Source of the DNA: Promethearchaeota archaeon
Lineage (GTDB): Archaea > Asgardarchaeota > Lokiarchaeia > Sigyniarchaeales > SOKP01
NCBI GenBank assembly: GCA_011364925.1
Contig: RDOA01000030.1
Coordinates: 1-41,244, forward strand
Reading direction: 5' to 3'
Length of the DNA: 41,244 nt
The notes under the pieces are model-generated. The model was not told the DNA's origin. It did no database searches and saw nothing but the letters and a program-made list of their open reading frames with translations. Made by a program: the position numbers and the translations under genes. Shown one piece after another: positions 19,727-28,044 of the stretch. How positions within the stretch are numbered: the stretch's first letter is position 1; the number at the start of each line of letters is the position of its first letter.

Positions 19727-19818
19727 ACCTTTTACTGGAATTGATATTTTAAATTTTAGTTTTTTAACTCATCTCACCTCACAGGAATGTAATGGATACA
19801 CATCTCTAAAAAAATAAA

Positions 19819-20682
19819 TTAAATTTTTTTACCCATTTTCTTTCGAGCTTTTTTAACATCGCTATCGGCAAATGAATGTACAAGCTTGGGGAACAATCGC
19901 ATTAATCTCCAATAAATTTTTGATTTTCCCGCGTGAATATAGAGTTTTTCTTTCAATACTCCCTTTAGGATAATTTCGGCGACATCATCAGGTTGCATAA
20001 GTCCAGCTCTTTCAGCTATAATATTCAGCTCTTCAGGTCTCGTCTTTGCTTCTTCATGCAGGCCAAATGTATCAGTATCGGGGGGATACACTATAGAAAC
20101 TTTAATGTTATATGCCTTGTATTCGTTTCTCAAGACTTCACTTAATCCTACGATAGCAAATTTTGTAGGAGTGTAGGCTGCATAACCCATTATGCCAATG
20201 TATCCCGCGATAGAAGACATATTAACGAAATGACCTCTCTTTTGTTCCATATAATAAGGTAAGACTGTTAAAATAGCGTTTAATTGACCATAAAAATTTG
20301 TGTCCATATGTAATTTGTAATCTTCGAGTGTTAACTTATCTGTATAATTTGGATAAGAGATGCCTACAATGTTAAATAAGTAATCTGGAACGCCAAACTT
20401 TTTAATGTGTTCGTTAAACAGCTTTTTAACTTGTTCGGCGTTTGTCATATCGCAAGAGATCACTTCTACTGATTGATTATCATCTACTCTCAAACTTTTA
20501 ATCTCTTCTGAAGCTTCATTTAATGGCTCTATAGTCCTTGCGACTATACACACATTCCCACCAAGTTGTACGAACAATTTTGCCGTAGCCTCTCCAATCC
20601 CTTTTGAACCACCGCTAACTATTGCCCATTTTCCTTTAAATGGTTGCTTTTTTATTAGTTTATCTTTAGACATTAGAATCAA
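19819..20682 (-). CDS. SDR oxidoreductase, 3-ketodihydrosphingosine reductase (KDSR)-like subfamily
   Basis: SGGSKGIG, YTPTK catalytic motif, VYPPDTDTFGLHEE...PEE. Confidence 0.85.
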   Translation of the reverse strand: MILMSKDKLIKKQPFKGKWAIVSGGSKGIGEATAKLFVQLGGNVCIVARTIEPLNEASEEIKSLRVDDNQSVEVISCDMTNAEQVKKLFNEHIKKFGVPDYLFNIVGISYPNYTDKLTLEDYKLHMDTNFYGQLNAILTVLPYYMEQKRGHFVNMSSIAGYIGIMGYAAYTPTKFAIVGLSEVLRNEYKAYNIKVSIVYPPDTDTFGLHEEAKTRPEELNIIAERAGLMQPDDVAEIILKGVLKEKLYIHAGKSKIYWRLMRLFPKLVHSFADSDVKKARKKMGKKI

Positions 20683-20697
20683 TTCTTTGCTATATTT

Positions 20698-21102
20698 TTA
20701 GAAATTAAAATATCCATAAATTAAATTTAGTACGCCCATAATTAAAACAATCGCAACAATCGCTATACTCATATATGCATCCATATTTTTAGTTTTGAAC
20801 AATCCATTTTGTAAGTTAAAGGCTAAATCTATTAGTCCTAAAAACATCAGTCCTCCTCCAGCTACAATCGTAAAAAATATCCCAAATCGTTCCCCTATTA
20901 TAAGTCCTACAGCTGCAACTAGTAGACATACTGTGACTAACCCTAAATCGGGAAGAGGAAAAGATCTCTCGTGTTTTAAATACCAATCTTCTTTTTCGGG
21001 ATTTTTGTTTTCAATCATAAAAAAATATATCCAGAAAGCAGCTATTCCCACGGCTAGAATTATTTGGAGTATTGCTAATACAATTTCAATCATTTTTATC
21101 AC
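20698..21102 (-). CDS. Small 4-TM membrane protein
   Basis: Four hydrophobic segments; HERSFPLPD loop. Confidence 0.8.
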   Translation of the reverse strand: MIKMIEIVLAILQIILAVGIAAFWIYFFMIENKNPEKEDWYLKHERSFPLPDLGLVTVCLLVAAVGLIIGERFGIFFTIVAGGGLMFLGLIDLAFNLQNGLFKTKNMDAYMSIAIVAIVLIMGVLNLIYGYFNF

Positions 21103-21206
21103 TTTTTAAAATCAAATTTTTTCTAAAGTTATAATTAATTATCGATTTTCTTTTTTATATAAATTTTTAACTTAGTTTAAAATCAAAAACAGTAAAAAAA
21201 TAGATT

Positions 21207-22025
21207 TTAAATATCTGACTTTAAATAGTTTGCTGGAACGCCTACTTCTGCAATTCCACCATCTACGGGGATATTATGCCCAGTTATAAAGTCTGATAAA
21301 GGAGAAGCTAAAAATACACTTATATTTGCGACATCTTGAACTGTTCCTATTCTATTTAAAGGTGTTTTAACATGTCCGTCATCCATTGTGGCTTTCATCA
21401 CGTCTTCAGAATTATTATATATCCCTGTTACATGATAACCTGGTGAAATCGCATTAACAGTTATATTTGGAGCTAAACTTTGCGCAAGCATTTTCACCAT
21501 CGCAATTACTCCCACTTTACTCAAAGTATATGCTGATAATTTGAGATCAACAACCACTCCAGCGATAGACGCGGTATGAATTACCTTTCCAGATAATGGT
21601 TCGTTTTCAAACTTTTGAGCTTTCATTTTTTTGCATACATATTTGGAGACTAACCATTGACCTCGTAGATTAACACTCATTATTCTATCGAACATATCCT
21701 CTTTAATTCTTAGTAAATCGGGTCCATATAGATCGCCAATCCCAGCATTATTATTTAGAACATAAATATTATCTAATTCTTTAAAAGCCATCTTTGCCAT
21801 ATTTTGTACTTGTTCCGAATTTGAAACATCACATACAATAGGGATAACTTCTTGCTTATATTCTTCTTTAATTTTCTTACAAGTTTCATTTAAAAGTTCT
21901 TCATTTATATCAACTAAGATTAAATCTGCTCCTCTTTTTGCGTATTCAATTGCGATACCCCTCCCAAAACCAGAGGCACCCCCAGTAATAAGAGCACCCT
22001 TTCCATCAAGAAACCTTTCAACCAT
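21207..22025 (-). CDS. SDR oxidoreductase (FabG-like)
   Basis: TGGASGFG, NNAG, YTLSK, VNAISPG, ITGHNIPVDGG. Confidence 0.93.
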   Translation of the reverse strand: MVERFLDGKGALITGGASGFGRGIAIEYAKRGADLILVDINEELLNETCKKIKEEYKQEVIPIVCDVSNSEQVQNMAKMAFKELDNIYVLNNNAGIGDLYGPDLLRIKEDMFDRIMSVNLRGQWLVSKYVCKKMKAQKFENEPLSGKVIHTASIAGVVVDLKLSAYTLSKVGVIAMVKMLAQSLAPNITVNAISPGYHVTGIYNNSEDVMKATMDDGHVKTPLNRIGTVQDVANISVFLASPLSDFITGHNIPVDGGIAEVGVPANYLKSDI

Positions 22026-22166
22026 ATTATGTCACTATATTTTTCATATTGTTATTTTTTATATCGTCGCATTCTTTTTTAAATTTTTAATTTAAGCAGC
22101 GATATACAAAAATAGAAGGAAAAAAAAAAGAAAATCTTTAGATAAATTATTGTTACATTAAATTTG

Positions 22167-23168
22167 CTACAAGTTCTTTAATCTCGGATCTAAGGCGTCT
22201 CGCAGTCCATCTCCGAGCAACATAAACCCTAACACGGTTAACACGATCATAAATCCGGGCCATAACGCTGCCCAAGGAGCGTCGTATAAGTGATATCGTC
22301 CGATTGCGATATCGTTTCCCCATTCAATTAAATGGGCGTCGCCGTACCCGAGAAAGCTTAGACCAGCTAAACTGAGGATGATACCTCCAATATCAAATGT
22401 GAACGAGATCAGGACCGGCTGGAACGTGTTGGGGAGGATGTGCCGAAAGATCAACCGCCAATGGCCTGCTCCGGATACCCTCGCGGCTTCAACGTAGGGC
22501 AGTTCTTTAGCTTGCAATACGCTCCCTCTTATCAATCGAGAGTAGCCCGCAACTCCTAAAATCCCGTAAGCCAGCATAAAAAACTCCATCCTCGGGCCAA
22601 AAATGGAAATCATCACTAAGATCAAGATAATACCCGGAAACGCTAAGAAAATGTCCATGATTCTCATGAGAATCCCATCGACCCAGCCACCAAAATACCC
22701 CGAAACGATCCCAATGATCACTCCGAAAAACACCGCAAATAAAAGCGCGGGAAGTGCGATGGTAAGCGAGGACCTCGCTCCCCAAATTAACCTTCCTAAT
22801 ACGTCGCGCCCGTAATCAGTCGTACCAGCGGGATGTGCGCCACTTGGAGCCTGCCACGCGTTCCAGAAAAACGAGGTTAAATCGTAAAACGAGTATTGAG
22901 CGATCCATGGCGCAAACACGGCGAACGTGACAATAATAAAGATGAGACCAATTCCAAACATCGTTAACGCGGATCTCAATCGACGAATGAACTTTCTCTT
23001 ACTTCTGAGCATTTCGAAATCTTGTCTGCGCTTGATTAAGTCCTCTGGGATATACCCTGGGACAAAAAGGAATTTAAAGTTCTTCCCGAGCCACGAAAAA
23101 ATGGTACCAAAATAGCCCTTCTTTTCTCTTTCTTCTTCGTAGGTTTCTACTACATGTTCTTCAATCAT
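22167..23168 (-). CDS. oppC: Oligopeptide/dipeptide ABC transporter permease (OppC/DppC)
   Basis: HPAGTTDYGRDV, GARSSL, YVEAARVSGA...RHILPN, LGDGLRDALDPR. Confidence 0.93.
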   Translation of the reverse strand: MIEEHVVETYEEEREKKGYFGTIFSWLGKNFKFLFVPGYIPEDLIKRRQDFEMLRSKRKFIRRLRSALTMFGIGLIFIIVTFAVFAPWIAQYSFYDLTSFFWNAWQAPSGAHPAGTTDYGRDVLGRLIWGARSSLTIALPALLFAVFFGVIIGIVSGYFGGWVDGILMRIMDIFLAFPGIILILVMISIFGPRMEFFMLAYGILGVAGYSRLIRGSVLQAKELPYVEAARVSGAGHWRLIFRHILPNTFQPVLISFTFDIGGIILSLAGLSFLGYGDAHLIEWGNDIAIGRYHLYDAPWAALWPGFMIVLTVLGFMLLGDGLRDALDPRLKNL

Positions 23169-23192
23169 TTTTTTATTTCACTCCTCCTCACA

Positions 23193-24245
23193 TTAAAATC
23201 TAATTCGCGGATCAAGCAATCCGTAAATAACGTCCATTAAGAGATTGACCACGACAAAGATGAGCGCCGTTAAAAACACAGTGGCGTTAATGACGTAATA
23301 ATCGTAGCGTCGAATGGCGTTAATGATCAGATTTCCCATACCCTTTAGGTTGAACGTCGTTTCCGTTAAAACCGCGCCTCCTAATAGACCTCCGAAGTTA
23401 AGCCCAATAATCGTTACCGTCGGGATTAACGCGTTTTTCAGCGCGTGGGAATGGACTACGTCCTTTTCGTTGCATCCCTTCGCTCGCGCGGTTCTAATAT
23501 AATCTTGTTGTAACACTTCTAACATGCTTGAGCGCGTTTGTCTCGTGATCGAAGCTAAGGTAATGAACGCTAAGGCAATTACCGGCAATATTAAGTGGTG
23601 TAAATAGTCGATAAATAAATAGAGTTGTCCCGACATCAACGAATCAATCAATCTAAACCCAGTGATCATCGGCGGGTCGGGGTAACCTGGTGTTTTATAT
23701 CCGGTTGCAGGAAATATCTTTACATCTACTCCAAAAGTAGCGTAGATCCAATTTGGGAGCATGTAGGTCAAAGAATATTGCATAAGCATGCCCAGCCAGA
23801 ACACCGGAATCGAAACCCCCACCAAAGCAAACCCTCTAACGATGGTATCTTGAGCTTTATTTCTATGTTTTGCGGTTAACACTCCTGCTCTTATCCCTAT
23901 TAAGGACGCAATCAAGATCGCGAATATCGTCAGCTCCATGGTGCGCGGAAAGCGCTCCCAGATTAATTCCCAAACGGGTTGCCCTTTCGAAATGTTGGAC
24001 GATAACCCCCAATTTCCCGTTAATAAATCTCCAATATATCTGAAATATTGAATGATCATTGGTTGATCCAAACCTAAATAGCGCCGAATAGCTTCTTGCT
24101 GTTCAACTGTAGCGTGTATAGGCAAGTAAGCAGAGGTCGGATCACCTGGCATCAACCTTGAAAGGATAAAAACTACGGTTATAGCTCCGAATAACACCGG
24201 AATCATTATTAAGACTCTTCGAATTACGTATTTTAGCAAACTCAT
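23193..24245 (-). CDS. oppB: Oligopeptide/dipeptide ABC transporter permease (OppB/DppB)
   Basis: MPGDP, LGLDQP, DYIRTARAKG, HALKNALIP, LLDPRI. Confidence 0.93.
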   Translation of the reverse strand: MSLLKYVIRRVLIMIPVLFGAITVVFILSRLMPGDPTSAYLPIHATVEQQEAIRRYLGLDQPMIIQYFRYIGDLLTGNWGLSSNISKGQPVWELIWERFPRTMELTIFAILIASLIGIRAGVLTAKHRNKAQDTIVRGFALVGVSIPVFWLGMLMQYSLTYMLPNWIYATFGVDVKIFPATGYKTPGYPDPPMITGFRLIDSLMSGQLYLFIDYLHHLILPVIALAFITLASITRQTRSSMLEVLQQDYIRTARAKGCNEKDVVHSHALKNALIPTVTIIGLNFGGLLGGAVLTETTFNLKGMGNLIINAIRRYDYYVINATVFLTALIFVVVNLLMDVIYGLLDPRIRF

Positions 24246-24287
24246 TTTTTAATTAGTCACCTTTTAATAGATTTTCTCTCAATTATG

Positions 24288-24362
24288 TCATAAAATGAGA
24301 TCGCATGTAAACTAATAAACATAATCATAAAATGAGATCGTAACTATCCTAATAAATATAAT
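24288..24362. repeat. Imperfect 37-bp tandem repeat with identical 16-bp core TCATAAAATGAGATCG
   Basis: Core at 24288-24303 and 24325-24340; each is followed by CTAATAAA(C/T)ATAAT at the same offset. Confidence 0.8.
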
Positions 24363-24364
24363 TT

Positions 24365-24382
24365 TGTTCAGACTTCTGAACG
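24365..24382. promoter_or_regulatory. 18-bp palindrome TGTTCAGACTTCTGAACG (candidate operator)
   Basis: Inverted repeat upstream of the wHTH gene; near-identical to 25900-25917. Confidence 0.6.
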
Positions 24383-24454
24383 GAGTAAATTCGCGATTAT
24401 TTTAAAAATATTTAAAAATAGAATATGGATAAACTAGATTAGTAGAAGAAAAAT

Positions 24455-25225
24455 TTGATTATGACACCAAAAAAATACCAATATGATGTGTTAAATAGTA
24501 ATTCAAAAGTCAAACTTAAAAATAAGACGATATATCTCGTAATCTACTTACTTAAAAGGATTTCTTATTACATTACTTTAGTTTATGGCGCTTTAGCAAT
24601 TCTATTTCTATTTTCTTTTTTCTTCCCTGGAGTTAATGAGTTTGAAATTGTGGTATTTTTCCTATACTTTTCTCTTGTAATGTTTATAATCTATGGAGCA
24701 ATAATATATTCTATCCATCTACTTCAGAAATCTTACATAAAGGCATTCAAGGATGAATCTTCAGAATTGAAGATCAATCCTGATTTAGCTAACAATTTAT
24801 TACAAGGAAAAACTCTTCAAGTGTATTGGTATATCTTTACTCACGACCAAGCGGGAATAAGAGAGATACAGAAAGCGTTGAATTTTACATCATCTGGAAC
24901 AGTATCTTATCAAATCACAAAACTATTGAACGCAGGTATAATTACAAAAGACGAATCAGAAGGAAAATATGCGATAAACAAGGAGATAAAAATTGGAATA
25001 TTAAAATTCTTCATTCGAATAGGGAATAGGATGATACCTCGAATATCTTTATACTTAATAGTCTATGCTCTAGGCTTTACGGTGTTTTTATTGCTTATGT
25101 TTCTAAGTGACTACATTTTTATTTGGAATCCTGTAAATATTTTATTGTTAGTATTGTTGTTCGCCGGTATAATTATTTTTTGTGTGGAGTCATATCGGAT
25201 TTGGAAGTTAAATCCTACAAAATAA
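24455..25225 (+). CDS. Membrane-embedded winged-HTH regulator (paralog of 9447..9983)
   Basis: LQGKTLQVYWYI..GIREIQKALNFTSSGTVSYQITKLLNAGII flanked by two N-terminal and two C-terminal TM segments. Confidence 0.85.
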   Translation: MIMTPKKYQYDVLNSNSKVKLKNKTIYLVIYLLKRISYYITLVYGALAILFLFSFFFPGVNEFEIVVFFLYFSLVMFIIYGAIIYSIHLLQKSYIKAFKDESSELKINPDLANNLLQGKTLQVYWYIFTHDQAGIREIQKALNFTSSGTVSYQITKLLNAGIITKDESEGKYAINKEIKIGILKFFIRIGNRMIPRISLYLIVYALGFTVFLLLMFLSDYIFIWNPVNILLLVLLFAGIIIFCVESYRIWKLNPTK

Positions 25226-25273
25226 CCGATTAAGTTGTCGTATAGTTTACAAAAAGTCCAGGAACCTCTCTTT

Positions 25274-25804
25274 TTAAAGAAAGGTTTCTTTCATTTCTAC
25301 GGAATAAAAGGGGGGATAATAATACGTTATCACTTCGACATCCTTAAATAAGATTTCAAATACAAAATATAGCACAAATATGAACAGAACAACAGCTAGA
25401 ATTAAACTAATTCTTCGTAATCTTTTATTAAAAGATCTGTCAGTAGTGATAGATAAGAAACCAACTATTATAAGAAGGAAACCAATATTTAAAAGAATTT
25501 TTGCGAAATTAGCAATTATTAAACTAATCCATTGGATGAAATCTTGATTATACTCTAACTGTGCTTTAAACTTATAATATGAATCAGAACTGATTATACC
25601 TTCTTGATAACTCAAGTAGTATCTTTGAATGACAAGATCAATCCAATTATGATAGATATCGTTTAGAGTCTTAGCAGTAACAACTACAATTACTAAAATT
25701 ATCACGATAATAACGCCAGTCTTAATCTGTCTAATCTTTTTATTATAAATTTCTAGATATCTATGTTCGTTTATTCTTGTATTATACAATTGATTCATTC
25801 GCAT
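25274..25804 (-). CDS. Hypothetical membrane protein (about 3 TM)
   Basis: 176-aa ORF with GGAGGT SD and three hydrophobic segments. Confidence 0.75.
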   Translation of the reverse strand: MRMNQLYNTRINEHRYLEIYNKKIRQIKTGVIIVIILVIVVVTAKTLNDIYHNWIDLVIQRYYLSYQEGIISSDSYYKFKAQLEYNQDFIQWISLIIANFAKILLNIGFLLIIVGFLSITTDRSFNKRLRRISLILAVVLFIFVLYFVFEILFKDVEVITYYYPPFYSVEMKETFL

Positions 25805-25899
25805 GACCTCCTAAATTTTAAGATTTTGACCTAGGGTAAATAATTTTAATTTATACTTTCTACTCAAAAAGATCAGTTCTAACTTTAAAAATGTTTTTC

Positions 25900-25917
25900 T
25901 GTTCAGATTACTGAACA
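25900..25917. promoter_or_regulatory. 18-bp palindrome TGTTCAGATTACTGAACA (candidate operator)
   Basis: Perfect 7-bp arms TGTTCAG/CTGAACA in a divergent intergenic region. Confidence 0.6.
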
Positions 25918-26017
25918 AATCGAGAATTCAATGGTCAAACAACAAAGTAATTTGAAAAAACTAGACGCAAATATTTATTTATATAGCTCATTTTAAGATT
26001 TAATATAGAAAACTCAA

Positions 26018-27610
26018 GTGATTAATAAAATGGTAGATAAGATTATCCCCTTTCTCATCAATGTGGGGGACGTAATTCCGGCACGCTCAAAAGCTACTCT
26101 ATTAGATGAGATGGCTATGGCATTAAATGAGTGTATTAATGTTTATGGAAAAAGTCTGAGGAAATTAGGTAAAGTTAATAGAATTTCTATGTGTTTCTGG
26201 CCCGTTCGTTTAGTTCCTCTAAATGAAACTCGCGCTTGTGTTTGTAGTTATTTATTGAACAAGCAAGAAAAGTTAGCTGTAGGGAAATTCTCACAAACAC
26301 CCCCCAATCCAGATAATATTGTTCAGGGTGCAGATCCCACATCTTTTTTGAGTTCTCTGTCCTCTTACAATAGCACATATCTCAAGAAACCTAAAAATTA
26401 TAAAAGAGGTACTGTTATTCAAGAAGCCTTATTTAGCGCAAGCGAAGTTGATTACTTTAAAAACTTTTTCTTAAATCAGTACAATATTGGTGCATTCAGC
26501 GAGCCGTATTTCCTTTTAGAAGGTGGTCCTATTCCAAAAAGTATAAACCAAGCGAAAATAGCCCCAGAAGTGTTTGAATTTATCTCTCAGAAAGATGTTG
26601 GGCTATTGGATAGTTATGGACAAACGATAATTAAACTATGCGATAAATTTATCCAAAAGGGTAGTCAAGAAACTGACCGGTTGAGAAGTCGAAAAGTAGA
26701 TACTAGCGAAGAAGAAAAGCAATTAGCTCAGATAACAAAAGAATTAGAGGCAGAAAAGGCTCGAAAAATAGAAGAATCTCCTGAGGAATTGGTGAAGAGT
26801 GGAAAGTATAAAATGAGTGATAAAACGGGTGACCTCTATGACAATTTAAATACCACGAAAAACTCCGTTGATAGGTTGAAAAACGCAGTTAATAAGAACG
26901 ACCTTTTTGAAGCAGAGGGGGCGCTTAATGATGTAAACATCAAATATACGGATTTAGGAAATACTATTAGTAGATACCAAACTGAATTAGCTCAAATCAG
27001 AAAGAATGTACAACGAGAACTAAGTGACTTTGAAAAGACAAAGCAACAAAAAATAAGAGATCTCGAAAGGAAAAAATCTGAAGTAGAGAGCAAAATCCAA
27101 GCAAAGCATAGTGAAATAAGCAGTAACTTGAGCTCTGCTGAAGATATGGTAGCAAAAATCAAGGAGGAAAAACAATCCTGTTTGGATAATATCGAGAGAA
27201 TTAAAGATGTCGAAATGACTGCTGTACAAAGCTTCTTCAAAACCTATTCTCTTGAAATCAAAACGAAAGATGTTGTTGTAGGTGTGCCTATGTTCATTTT
27301 CTACTTCATTGATCCAAACACTCGTAGGACAACGGAACGAGCTCCAGTATTTCCTATATTAATTGAAAGCGGTAGAATCCACAGAACAAAAGTAACTGAT
27401 GCCTTCAGAACAAAATTAAGAGATTTGATGAACAAGGACAATGCGATGATAAATTTAGTTGAAAAAGGTGGAGAAACAGGTAACTTAATGGAGATTAAAA
27501 ATCTAGACACAAAACTTGAAGAAGCGATTAATGATTTACGTATTCGAAAGATCTTAGGCAAAAAAGAAGCTGAAAGAGACAAAGAAATTATCTATAGTTT
27601 AGTGTGGTAA
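26018..27610 (+). CDS. Hypothetical protein with long central coiled coil
   Basis: 530 aa; K/E/Q-rich heptad-like region about aa 215-405 between globular-looking termini. Confidence 0.85.
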   Translation: MINKMVDKIIPFLINVGDVIPARSKATLLDEMAMALNECINVYGKSLRKLGKVNRISMCFWPVRLVPLNETRACVCSYLLNKQEKLAVGKFSQTPPNPDNIVQGADPTSFLSSLSSYNSTYLKKPKNYKRGTVIQEALFSASEVDYFKNFFLNQYNIGAFSEPYFLLEGGPIPKSINQAKIAPEVFEFISQKDVGLLDSYGQTIIKLCDKFIQKGSQETDRLRSRKVDTSEEEKQLAQITKELEAEKARKIEESPEELVKSGKYKMSDKTGDLYDNLNTTKNSVDRLKNAVNKNDLFEAEGALNDVNIKYTDLGNTISRYQTELAQIRKNVQRELSDFEKTKQQKIRDLERKKSEVESKIQAKHSEISSNLSSAEDMVAKIKEEKQSCLDNIERIKDVEMTAVQSFFKTYSLEIKTKDVVVGVPMFIFYFIDPNTRRTTERAPVFPILIESGRIHRTKVTDAFRTKLRDLMNKDNAMINLVEKGGETGNLMEIKNLDTKLEEAINDLRIRKILGKKEAERDKEIIYSLVW

Positions 27611-27647
27611 AGAAATTTTTATTTCTTTTTATTACTTTTTATTTATT

Positions 27648-27827
27648 TTAAGTTCTAACATAATTCATTTTTTGACCGCAACATTCAGGAATTGGTTGAT
27701 ATCCACAATCTTCTGACTTACAGCAACATAACATGTAGTCATCCTTAACAATCATCGATTGTTCGCAACACACCGGCACATCTGTTTCATTACCGCATAC
27801 TTCACATACTAATTTTGCTATAATCAT
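27648..27827 (-). CDS. Small Cys-rich metal-binding protein (desulforedoxin-like tandem motifs)
   Basis: GGAG SD before ATG 27827; 59 aa with 10 Cys: CEVC..CCEQSM..CCC....C..CCGQKM. Confidence 0.75.
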   Translation of the reverse strand: MIIAKLVCEVCGNETDVPVCCEQSMIVKDDYMLCCCKSEDCGYQPIPECCGQKMNYVRT

Positions 27828-28044
27828 CAACTCCAATTTAAAAATTCTATTATTTATGAATAAAATCAAGGAAAGAAAAAAGCTTGTTTTATGTATTATA
27901 AAAATCTTTTATATCTATTTTTTAAAAATAAAGTTTCTGTATTAGAAAGTTTGTGAAATATTAAGTCTATGCTATTTATTAAATTTCATTTAAAAATTTT
28001 CAATAATTATGAATCTTACTCACTAAATTAAATGGAGATTTATT

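Noticed and set aside
19769-19771. In-frame TGA upstream of ORF 19412..19726 as a third Sec codon
   Set aside because: No redox motif, no convincing upstream start, no SECIS seen, and it lies right next to the SD.
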